The notes under the pieces are model-generated. The model did not search any database, was not told where the DNA came from, and saw only the letters and a list, made by a program, of their open reading frames with translations. A stretch of 64,000 bases of DNA, taken from Candidatus Kaiserbacteria bacterium RIFCSPHIGHO2_01_FULL_54_36. GTDB lineage: Bacteria; Patescibacteriota; Minisyncoccia; Phycocordibacterales; UBA2100. The stretch spans positions 9,032 through 73,031 of the forward strand of contig MFKV01000006.1 in the NCBI GenBank assembly GCA_001781105.1. Direction: 5' to 3'. This document shows, one piece after another, positions 1-7,866 of this stretch (position 1 is the first letter of the stretch; each line of letters starts with the position of its first letter). The position numbers were made by a program, and so were the translations under genes.

Positions 1-2
1 CG

Positions 3-671
3 CGCCGCCACCCAAGCGCATCTGTGTACCTGTTTGGCACAAAGGACCGAACCGATATATTTGATCTCGAGGAAACGACGAAGCGGCTCGATGCGGCTGT
101 AGCTCTTGCGACCTCGGTCGCTTCGAGTGGAAAACACGTCCTCTTTGTCGGGGGCAAACATGAAGCGCTCGGCATTGTAAAAGATGCCGCAGAGCGCGTC
201 GGTGCCCCGTATGTCGCGGGCAGATGGATCGGCGGGACCCTCACTAATTTCAAGAACATCCGCAAGCGCCTCGAACGTCTTGAAAAGCTCACGTCTGAGC
301 GCTCCTCGGGCGAGCTTGATAAATACACAAAGCGCGAGCGACTTATGATCGATCGCGAGATCACGGAGCTCCTCGGGCGTTTCGGTGGGCTTGTGAAGAT
401 GCTCGACTTGCCGGGGGCACTCTATGTCGTTGATACTCGCCACGAAGACACCGCAATGCAAGAAGCCAATCAGCTAGGTATTCCAGTGATCGGTCTTGCA
501 AGTTCGGATTGCGATTTTTCGCTCGTGCGCTACCCCATCCCTGGCAACGACACTTCTATCCGGAGCATCATGCTCGTTACCAACATGATCGCGGAGGCGT
601 ACGCTGCGGGCAAACGCCTGCCTGCGCAGGCAGGCGCTCCCGCCGCCCCCGCTCCTGCAGCTTCGAAATAA
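3..671 (+). CDS. rpsB: 30S ribosomal protein S2, 5'-truncated at window edge
   Basis: Translation matches central and C-terminal S2 (…HVLFVGGKHEALGIVKDAAERVGAPYVAGRWIGGTLTNF…). The frame is open from the window start. tsf follows, the conserved rpsB-tsf order. Confidence 0.85.
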   Translation, partial: RRHPSASVYLFGTKDRTDIFDLEETTKRLDAAVALATSVASSGKHVLFVGGKHEALGIVKDAAERVGAPYVAGRWIGGTLTNFKNIRKRLERLEKLTSERSSGELDKYTKRERLMIDREITELLGRFGGLVKMLDLPGALYVVDTRHEDTAMQEANQLGIPVIGLASSDCDFSLVRYPIPGNDTSIRSIMLVTNMIAEAYAAGKRLPAQAGAPAAPAPAASK

Positions 672-763
672 ATACCATGGCAGTTGATGAGCTTCTCAAG
701 CAGCTTCGGGACCCCGGTAGCACATGCTCGCACAGGCTACGGGGCAGGCGAAACTAAATCATT

Positions 764-1345
764 ATGGCAGTATCAGACGAACTGAAACAATTGCGAGACG
801 AGACTGGCGTGTCTATCATGCAGTGCAAGAAGGCGCTTGCTGAGGCGGGTGGCGATATTGAGAAAGCGAAGATCATTTTGCGCAAGCAGAGCTCTGCTAT
901 CGCCTCGAAGAAGTCTGATCGCGCGCTTGGCGCGGGGATTGCTGCAGCATACACACATGCTGGCGGATCCGTCGTCGGAGCGGTCGTGCTCGCATGTGAG
1001 ACAGACTTCGTTTCAAAGAACGAGGAATTCTCAAAGCTGGCATATCAGATCGCGATGCATGTTGCTGCGATGGGCCCACAGTTCCGCGCGCGCGAGGATA
1101 TCAAAGAACAGGATCTTGTGGCAGCGAGAGAGGTCTTTGCAGCCGAAGCGGCGAAAGTACCGGAAGCCGCGCGCGGGAAAGCCATCGAAGGTAAGGTAGA
1201 TAGCTACCTGCGCGAGCGCGTACTCCTGGAGCAGCCGTATGTCAAAGACCCCAGCATTACGATTCGCGAGCTCATTGACACGGCAGTACAGAAATTTGGC
1301 GAGAAGATAGAAGTCGTTCGCTTCGAACGCCTTTCGGTGAAATAA
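764..1345 (+). CDS. tsf: elongation factor Ts (short form, 193 aa)
   Basis: N-terminal UBA-like MAVSDELKQLRDETGVSIMQCKKALAEAGGDIEKAKIILRK, then EF-Ts core motifs. Sits directly after rpsB. Confidence 0.85.
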   Translation: MAVSDELKQLRDETGVSIMQCKKALAEAGGDIEKAKIILRKQSSAIASKKSDRALGAGIAAAYTHAGGSVVGAVVLACETDFVSKNEEFSKLAYQIAMHVAAMGPQFRAREDIKEQDLVAAREVFAAEAAKVPEAARGKAIEGKVDSYLRERVLLEQPYVKDPSITIRELIDTAVQKFGEKIEVVRFERLSVK

Positions 1346-1348
1346 ACC

Positions 1349-1489
1349 ATGCCCGGCAGGACAATTTCGAATCGCCTTGATATGAACATTCACCAACACT
1401 CACTGAAAGAAATAGCGTTCGTTTTTTTGCAAACGACCCGCAGTTCGACCTGCGGCAGGAATTATTCGAAATTGTACTAGCCGGGTATG
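1349..1489. mobile_element. 141-bp miniature (gene-less) copy of the GIY-YIG inverted-repeat element, MITE-like
   Basis: Left end ATGCCCGGCAGGACAATTTCGAATCGC and right end ATTATTCGAAATTGTACTAGCCGGGTATG match the two ends of the 310-bp element at 28940-29249. The ends are imperfect inverted repeats of each other. Confidence 0.6.
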
Positions 1490-1879
1490 TTTTTTGCAAC
1501 CATCGTTTTTTTCGTATCGCTTGGGGGCATTGTGGCGCTTTTCGGACTTAAGTCTTGGGAGATCGCACGTGGACGTATTCTAGCGCCCGTGATGCGAACA
1601 AGGTTCGACGATCGCGCAATGCAGTTGAAAGACCTGCTCGCAGCCGCACGCCTCGACGCCGCCAAGCTGTTGCCGCTCGCCGTCGTTTATACGCGCATTG
1701 GGATACACGAGGCCGCGCTCGCCCTTGCAGTGTTCGCGCGGTTTGCAGAGCGCCAAGCGCATCGGCTCGCCGACCTCGTTTCGTACAAGCACCACTATGA
1801 GAAGCGGGAAACGCAGTCTGAATTCTTGAAGAAAGTTTCTGAAGGAAAGAACAGCAACGGACTTGATACAACAGAATAG
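1487..1879 (+). CDS. hypothetical protein with N-terminal TM helix
   Basis: 130-aa ORF. Its ATG lies inside the right inverted repeat of the miniature element. Hydrophobic N-terminus MFFATIVFFVSLGGIVALFG. Confidence 0.4.
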   Translation: MFFATIVFFVSLGGIVALFGLKSWEIARGRILAPVMRTRFDDRAMQLKDLLAAARLDAAKLLPLAVVYTRIGIHEAALALAVFARFAERQAHRLADLVSYKHHYEKRETQSEFLKKVSEGKNSNGLDTTE

Positions 1880-1903
1880 AATGCTACGGTAGTCTTACCA
1901 GGT

Positions 1904-1976
1904 GCCGGGGTAGCTCAGCGGTTAGAGCTCCTGTTTTGTAAACAGGGGGCCGTGGGTTCGAATCCCACCCCCGGCT
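1904..1976 (+). tRNA. tRNA-Thr (anticodon UGU)
   Basis: Cloverleaf folded by hand. Acceptor GCCGGGG/CCCCGGC, D-arm GCTC..GAGC, anticodon stem CCTGT/ACAGG with loop TTTGTAA, T-arm GTGGG-TTCGAAT-CCCAC. Short variable loop. CCA not encoded. Confidence 0.8.
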
Positions 1977-2012
1977 CAACATATCAACAGGGGAGCAGTG
2001 ATTGAGTAACTG

Positions 2013-2639
2013 TTGCTCAGGTATAATGATAACGTGCCTGAAGATAATCAAATCGTAGAATTTTATATCTCAGAAAAGCTCTCCGAGACGCAGGTTGCAG
2101 CACGACTATCTATAGCACCTAAACATGTTCGTCGGGTGCTTAACAGACATAAAGTGTCGCGAAGGACCCGCAGTGAAGCGATACGCTACTTATATATAAC
2201 CAAGTTTAACAAAAAGCCGTTTGATCTCAAAAAAGACCTGAGCAAAAAAGAACAGACACTAAAGATTGCTGGCGTGATGCTCTATTGGGGTGAAGGAAGT
2301 AAAAGGGGTAACACAGTCGCTCTTGCGAACTCAGACCCAGCAATGGTCTTGGTATTTATGAAATTTCTGAGGGATATTTGTGGAATCGATAAGAATAGAA
2401 TCCGTGCGACCATACATTATTACGGCGACCATGACCCTCAAAGACTCCTAAGCTATTGGTCGCGTATCACACGCATACTCGCGGGACAGTTCTATAAACC
2501 TTTTCTGCACGCCGATACAAAAGGGACGTATAAGAAAAAATCCCAATACGGGACCATTTCTGTTCAGTACTCTGACAAGAAACTGCTGGAATTAATCAAT
2601 GGCTGGATACAAGAATATCAAAATTTACTAATAAGATAG
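2013..2639 (+). CDS. putative HTH + LAGLIDADG-like homing endonuclease
   Basis: Low-GC ORF directly after tRNA-Thr. N-terminal HTH-like SETQVAARLSIAPKHVRRVLNRHKV. Central IAGVMLYWGEGSK plus downstream FMKFLRDICGI resemble single-motif LAGLIDADG endonucleases. The motif is imperfect. Confidence 0.4.
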   Translation: MLRYNDNVPEDNQIVEFYISEKLSETQVAARLSIAPKHVRRVLNRHKVSRRTRSEAIRYLYITKFNKKPFDLKKDLSKKEQTLKIAGVMLYWGEGSKRGNTVALANSDPAMVLVFMKFLRDICGIDKNRIRATIHYYGDHDPQRLLSYWSRITRILAGQFYKPFLHADTKGTYKKKSQYGTISVQYSDKKLLELINGWIQEYQNLLIR

Positions 2640-2655
2640 AAATGCAAAATACACC

Positions 2656-4248
2656 TTGCCGTTATTGATGGGAACGGGCACAATGCGCGCTAAGAACATC
2701 CTCATGGATCCCAAAGATACATACTGGTATTTGCATGTGGGCCGTGCGAGCGACCTTACCGGTACCGACCGAGTGATATATCGGTTCTTCGAGATGCTAC
2801 CCGGAATACTCTCACTCGGGACGCTCCTTCTTTTTGTCGTACTCTCTTTCAAACGCCCCGTCTGGGCCGCGTACCTCACTATTGTTTTCGCCATTTATTG
2901 GCTCTTGAAGACCGTGTATCTCTCGGTGCATCTTCGGCACAACTTCAAGCGGGTGCGCCACAATCTTTCTATCGACTGGAACGATCGTTTGAAAAACATC
3001 GCGCACGGAGATATCGTGCACCTTGTCATCTTCCCTTTTTATAGCGAGGGATACGAAGTCGTCGCCGAAAGCGTTCGCGGATTGCTGCGCTCCACGTGGG
3101 ATCTCAAGCGCGTCGTAGTAGTGCTTGCAGCGGAGGAGCGAGCTGGGCAAGCACAGCACACTATTGCGCGTCGCATTAGAGATGAATTCTCCGAACATTT
3201 CAAAACATTCATAGTTACCGTCCACCCCGAGGGCATCCTTGGGGAAATTCCTGGCAAAGGCTCGAATATTTCGTATGCCGCAGAAGAAGCGCGTTTGCGT
3301 ATACTTGAGGCGCAGCAGATCTCATACGAAAAGGTAATCGTGTCCGCATTCGACATCGACACGGTCGTCTATCCGCAATACTTCAGCTGCCTCACCTGGC
3401 ACTTTCTCACCGCAGAAAATCCGCAGCGCACATCGTTCCAGCCAGTTCCGCTCTACAACAACAACATCTGGGATGCGCCCATGCTCTCGCGTGTCATTGC
3501 CTACTCCAGCTCATTCTGGCAGATGATCCAGCAGGAGCGCCCCGAGCGCCTCGCCACGTTCTCCTCTCACGCCACGCCCTTCAAGCCGCTCTATGAGGCG
3601 GGATATTGGCAGAAGAATGTCGTTTCGGAAGACTCACGCATTTTCTGGAATCTTTTTGTGCGTTATGACGGCGCCTACGACGTTGTGCCGATGGCCTACC
3701 CCGTCTCGATGGATGCCAACGTCGCACCCACCTTTTGGGGCACTGCTCGCAATATTTATCTCCAACACCGAAGGTGGACCTATGGGGCCGAGAATATCGC
3801 CTATATTCTTTTTGCATTCCTAAAAAATCCGCGCATTCCCTTCGGCAAAAAACTTCGCGCAGCCTTCGTCCAGATCGAAGGGTTCTGGTCGCTGACCACG
3901 AATCCGTTAGTTCTTTTTGCGGTAGGATGGCTGCCGCTCATCGTTGGTGGCCGGGCATTCAACGCGACGGTTCTCTCCTACAATTTGCCGCTTGTCGCAA
4001 AGACGTTCCTCACTATCTCTCTCTTCGGTCTTATCGTATCGGCTGCGATATCCATGCAGCTGGTGCCAGCGCGGCCCAAAGAATACGGCCGCTTCCGCAG
4101 CCTGATGCTCTTTTTGCAGTGGATACTCGTGCCAATGACCATGGTCGCCTTTAGCGCCATCCCGGGCCTTGATTCACAAATACGGCTTATGACTGGGCGC
4201 TACCTTGGATTTTGGGTCACACCCAAATCGCGCAACTCAAAGACTTGA
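2656..4248 (+). CDS. membrane glycosyltransferase family 2 (processive, cellulose/chitin-synthase-like)
   Basis: Multiple TM segments. DxD-like SAFDIDTVV and the QxxRW motif (LQHRRWTYG) typical of processive GT2 enzymes. Confidence 0.65.
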   Translation: MPLLMGTGTMRAKNILMDPKDTYWYLHVGRASDLTGTDRVIYRFFEMLPGILSLGTLLLFVVLSFKRPVWAAYLTIVFAIYWLLKTVYLSVHLRHNFKRVRHNLSIDWNDRLKNIAHGDIVHLVIFPFYSEGYEVVAESVRGLLRSTWDLKRVVVVLAAEERAGQAQHTIARRIRDEFSEHFKTFIVTVHPEGILGEIPGKGSNISYAAEEARLRILEAQQISYEKVIVSAFDIDTVVYPQYFSCLTWHFLTAENPQRTSFQPVPLYNNNIWDAPMLSRVIAYSSSFWQMIQQERPERLATFSSHATPFKPLYEAGYWQKNVVSEDSRIFWNLFVRYDGAYDVVPMAYPVSMDANVAPTFWGTARNIYLQHRRWTYGAENIAYILFAFLKNPRIPFGKKLRAAFVQIEGFWSLTTNPLVLFAVGWLPLIVGGRAFNATVLSYNLPLVAKTFLTISLFGLIVSAAISMQLVPARPKEYGRFRSLMLFLQWILVPMTMVAFSAIPGLDSQIRLMTGRYLGFWVTPKSRNSKT

Positions 4249-4265
4249 TACTTGCTACCTGATAC

Positions 4266-5111
4266 TTGATACTTGACGGAATGCAGCCGCTCTCAAAGAG
4301 GAAGCGCCGCCTCTATCTCTATGGGCTCATATTGGTATTCGCTCTTTGTGTGCCTTTCGTCATGTTCTATGCCAACGGCTACCGCTTCAAAGGCGAGCAG
4401 GGATTTGTAAAAACTGGCAGCGTCATCATTTCGGTCCCCGAGACGAATGCGGTGGTCTCCTTAAACGGCGAGGAGGTAGGTGCCAGCGGCTTTCTTCGGC
4501 ACAGCTTTTACATAGATGATCTCACTCCTGGCGCCTATGCCGTCCTCGTGACGCGCGAAGGGGATTATCCGTGGCACCGCACGCTCATCGTTGAGCAGGA
4601 GCTCGTGACGGATGCCGAAGCATTCCTCGTGCCGCAAGAAATAGAGCCGATCCGGCTTGTGGTCTCCACGAGCACGGCGTCTTCGACGATGCGCGTTTCT
4701 CCAGCGACGTACGAAATGTATCGCCTCGCGTTTGCGCCTACTGCCACATCCACGGTACTCAACAGTGCTATGCGGCAGGGAGAGATCGTCGTCGTCGAAA
4801 AAGGAAATGTGCTCGTACGCCACACGGATCCAAGTGCCCTACCGCCGAGTCGTTATTGCACGCGCCCTTCAGTGTGTGTACAAGAAATTCCGATCGAAAG
4901 TGGGAAGCAACAAGCTATCAATGCGGCATTTTTCGGGGGAGGGGTAGTGTATGCCACGAGGGAAGGAGGAGTCTTCCTCGCGGAAGCTGATATTCGCCCG
5001 GCACCGGTCGTTGCACCCTTGTATTCCGGACGCAACGTGGATTTTCGTATCGTGAATGGACACCTCATCATCAAAGATGGGGTGGCACTCTACGAGATAG
5101 TGGAATTATAG
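4266..5111 (+). CDS. membrane-anchored PEGA-domain-like protein
   Basis: N-terminal TM helix. VISVPETNAVVSLNGEEVGASGF resembles a PEGA domain. Otherwise hypothetical. Confidence 0.4.
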   Translation: MILDGMQPLSKRKRRLYLYGLILVFALCVPFVMFYANGYRFKGEQGFVKTGSVIISVPETNAVVSLNGEEVGASGFLRHSFYIDDLTPGAYAVLVTREGDYPWHRTLIVEQELVTDAEAFLVPQEIEPIRLVVSTSTASSTMRVSPATYEMYRLAFAPTATSTVLNSAMRQGEIVVVEKGNVLVRHTDPSALPPSRYCTRPSVCVQEIPIESGKQQAINAAFFGGGVVYATREGGVFLAEADIRPAPVVAPLYSGRNVDFRIVNGHLIIKDGVALYEIVEL

Positions 5112-5270
5112 GTACTCGCTGGCATGTGTTTCTCCGGATACGGATTTTTCCTGCTGGAAAAATCCTCGGTTCTCACACCGCCGTGCTCGAAAGCCCCTCT
5201 GAAACACATGCCCGCTCGCCTAGAAAATGTCTTCGACGAGTTTGTTGGGAGGGAGTAGAATGGGGAACAC

Positions 5271-6011
5271 ATGCAAGAAACAAATCGTGGTCATATTCAT
5301 CCCATTTCGTCGCTCATCCGCGAGGCGAATCAGATCTTCTACGCGATGGGCTTCACCTTTGCCGACGGGCCGCTACTCGAATCGGAGTGGTACAACTTCG
5401 ACGCGCTCAATGTTCCCAAGGACCATCCCGCGCGCGACATGCAAGACACCTTTTTCATCAAAGATGAACCAGGCTGTGTCTTGCGCACGCATACCTCACC
5501 GGTGCAGGTGCGCTACATGGAGTCGCAGATGAAAGCAGGGATGCCGCCGCCGTACCGTATCATCGTGCCCGGCAAAGTATTTCGCAACGAGGCGACCGAT
5601 ATAACGCACGAGGCAGAATTTTTCCAAATAGAAGGACTTGCTGTTGGAGAAGATATCTCGCTCGCGCACCTCAAGGGAACCCTCGCACACTTTCTCAAGG
5701 AGCTCTTTAAAGGCGCATCGGTCGAGATACGGTTTCGCCCGAGCTTTTTTCCTTTTACCGAGCCGTCAGTGGAGGTGGATATGAGGGTTGTCGGCCCCCA
5801 TGTTCCAGAGAAGCTCCGCGATACGTGGATAGAAATGATGGGGGCGGGCATGGTACATCCCAGTGTCTTGAAGAATGCGGGAGTCGATCCCGAAAAGTAT
5901 CAGGGTTTTGCATTCGGCATGGGGCTCGATCGCCTCGCGATGCTTCGGTGGGGCATCGACGACGTGCGCCTCATGCACTCCGCCGATCTGCGGTTCGTCA
6001 ATCAGTTCTAG
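5271..6011 (+). CDS. pheS: phenylalanine--tRNA ligase alpha subunit (short, 246 aa)
   Basis: Class II catalytic motifs: FRNEATDITHEAEFFQIEG, GAGMVHPSVL, GFAFGMGLDRLAML. Lacks the N-terminal coiled-coil extension. Confidence 0.85.
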   Translation: MQETNRGHIHPISSLIREANQIFYAMGFTFADGPLLESEWYNFDALNVPKDHPARDMQDTFFIKDEPGCVLRTHTSPVQVRYMESQMKAGMPPPYRIIVPGKVFRNEATDITHEAEFFQIEGLAVGEDISLAHLKGTLAHFLKELFKGASVEIRFRPSFFPFTEPSVEVDMRVVGPHVPEKLRDTWIEMMGAGMVHPSVLKNAGVDPEKYQGFAFGMGLDRLAMLRWGIDDVRLMHSADLRFVNQF

Positions 6012-6013
6012 CC

Positions 6014-7831
6014 ATGAAAATCTCACGCGCTTGGCTCCAGACGTTTTTTGATGCTCCGCTGCCGGACGCGGCGGCGATAGGCGATGCTCTTACGTTCCAC
6101 GCGTTCGAGATCGAGAGCACTGAGAATGTTGCGGGCGACGATATTTTGGATGTGAAGGTAACGCCCAATCGCGGGCATGATGCGCTTTCACATCATGCGA
6201 TCGCCAAAGAGCTTGGAGCAATTCTCGGCATTCCGCACAAGAGTGATCCACTGCAAGCTGTTATATCGCTCGAACCAAAGACTGATGCCGTGAAAGTCGC
6301 AATAGAAAACCCAGATCTGTGCCGGCGATTTACTGTAGCCCTCATTCAAGGAGTACATGTCGGACCATCTCCGGATTGGCTTCGGGAGCGCCTTGAATCT
6401 ATCGGCCAACGCTCGATCAACAATGTGGTTGATGCGACGAATTTCGTAATGTTCAACATCGGCCAGCCGCTGCACGCATTCGATGCCGGCAAACTCTCGA
6501 GTCAAAATGGTCATTCGCTTATTGTGCGCAAAGCAAAAGACAAAGAGAAGATGCTTGGCCTCGACGACAAAGAGTACATACTCACGGGCGCCATGCTCGC
6601 GATTGCTGACGGTCATACCAACGAGGTCGTGAGCATTGCCGGCATCAAGGGCGGTAAGCCCACGGGCATCGATGAGACGACGAGCGCGCTTATCCTTGAG
6701 GCCGCTAATTGGGATGGCGTGCTCATTCGGAAGACTTCGCAAGTGCTCAAGCTTCGCACTGACGCATCGGAGCGCTTCCAACAAGTCATTTCACCTGAGC
6801 TCGCCGCGTATGGCTTACACGCTGCGGCCAACCTCATCCTCGAGCTTGCGGGCGGAGAGATAGTAGGATTCGTCGATGAGTATCCGATGCCGCAGGGGAA
6901 GCGTGAAGTCGCAGTATCGACAGAAAAGGTAAATCACGTGTTGGGCACGGAGCTTTCGGTGGAGGACGTTGGCAATGCGTTCACGCGCCTTGGCCTGCCG
7001 CACGCACAGGTTGGAGACCACTTCACCGTGACTGTGCCGTTCGAGCGGCTCGACATCACTATCCCCGAAGATCTGATAGAAGAAGTAGCGCGCGTACTCG
7101 GGTACGACAAAATACCAACGCTCGATCTCCCGCCGTTCCCAAATGCGCCAGAAGTAAATGCCAACTATTACGCTGCCGAACAGACTCGAGAGGAGCTCAT
7201 GGCAAAGGGATACTCGGAAGTCTACACGTCCGTGTTTGCCGATACTGGCGAGCGGGCTGTTGCCAACAAAGTGGATAGCGTGCACCCGTACTTGCGCTCT
7301 AATCTTGTAGACGGTCTCACGCAAGCACTGCGACGCAACGTGCACAACAAAGACCTACTTGGCCTCACAGAAGTGAGGTTGTTCGAGATAGGCACGGTAT
7401 GGACGAAAAAGGGAGAAGAGATGCATGCCGCAACCGTCGGTGAAAAAGAAAAGCCCGAAGAGCAGATCGTGAAGCCTGAAGCTGGGGATACCTACAACAC
7501 GTTGGCTCTCTCGATCGCGGCGCGCTACCAATCATTCTCAAAGTATCCATTTATCGTGCGTGATATTGCGCTGTGGGTACCGAAAGGGTCAGATCCTGAT
7601 GCCGTGCTCCAGATCATCCGTGCCGCTGCCGGGGCACTCCTCGTCCGCGCAGAACTTTTCGATACATTCGAAAAAGGCGACCCTTCGACAGGCTCAGGGC
7701 AAGTAAAACTTTCACTTGCATTTCGTCTCGTTTTCCAATCACTCGAAAAGACGCTTACGGATATCGAGGCGAATGCAGCGATGGAAAATGTCTACTCGGA
7801 AGCCAAAAATCAGGGCTGGGAAGTGAGGTAA
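6014..7831 (+). CDS. pheT: phenylalanine--tRNA ligase beta subunit (short, 606 aa)
   Basis: Starts MKISRAWLQTFFDAP right after the pheS stop. B3/4 and B5 domains plus the C-terminal anticodon-binding region. The upstream 63-aa in-frame extension of the ORF track overlaps pheS and is rejected. Confidence 0.8.
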   Translation: MKISRAWLQTFFDAPLPDAAAIGDALTFHAFEIESTENVAGDDILDVKVTPNRGHDALSHHAIAKELGAILGIPHKSDPLQAVISLEPKTDAVKVAIENPDLCRRFTVALIQGVHVGPSPDWLRERLESIGQRSINNVVDATNFVMFNIGQPLHAFDAGKLSSQNGHSLIVRKAKDKEKMLGLDDKEYILTGAMLAIADGHTNEVVSIAGIKGGKPTGIDETTSALILEAANWDGVLIRKTSQVLKLRTDASERFQQVISPELAAYGLHAAANLILELAGGEIVGFVDEYPMPQGKREVAVSTEKVNHVLGTELSVEDVGNAFTRLGLPHAQVGDHFTVTVPFERLDITIPEDLIEEVARVLGYDKIPTLDLPPFPNAPEVNANYYAAEQTREELMAKGYSEVYTSVFADTGERAVANKVDSVHPYLRSNLVDGLTQALRRNVHNKDLLGLTEVRLFEIGTVWTKKGEEMHAATVGEKEKPEEQIVKPEAGDTYNTLALSIAARYQSFSKYPFIVRDIALWVPKGSDPDAVLQIIRAAAGALLVRAELFDTFEKGDPSTGSGQVKLSLAFRLVFQSLEKTLTDIEANAAMENVYSEAKNQGWEVR

Positions 7832-7866
7832 AACAACACACATATCCCCGCTTTTTGAGCTAGCCA

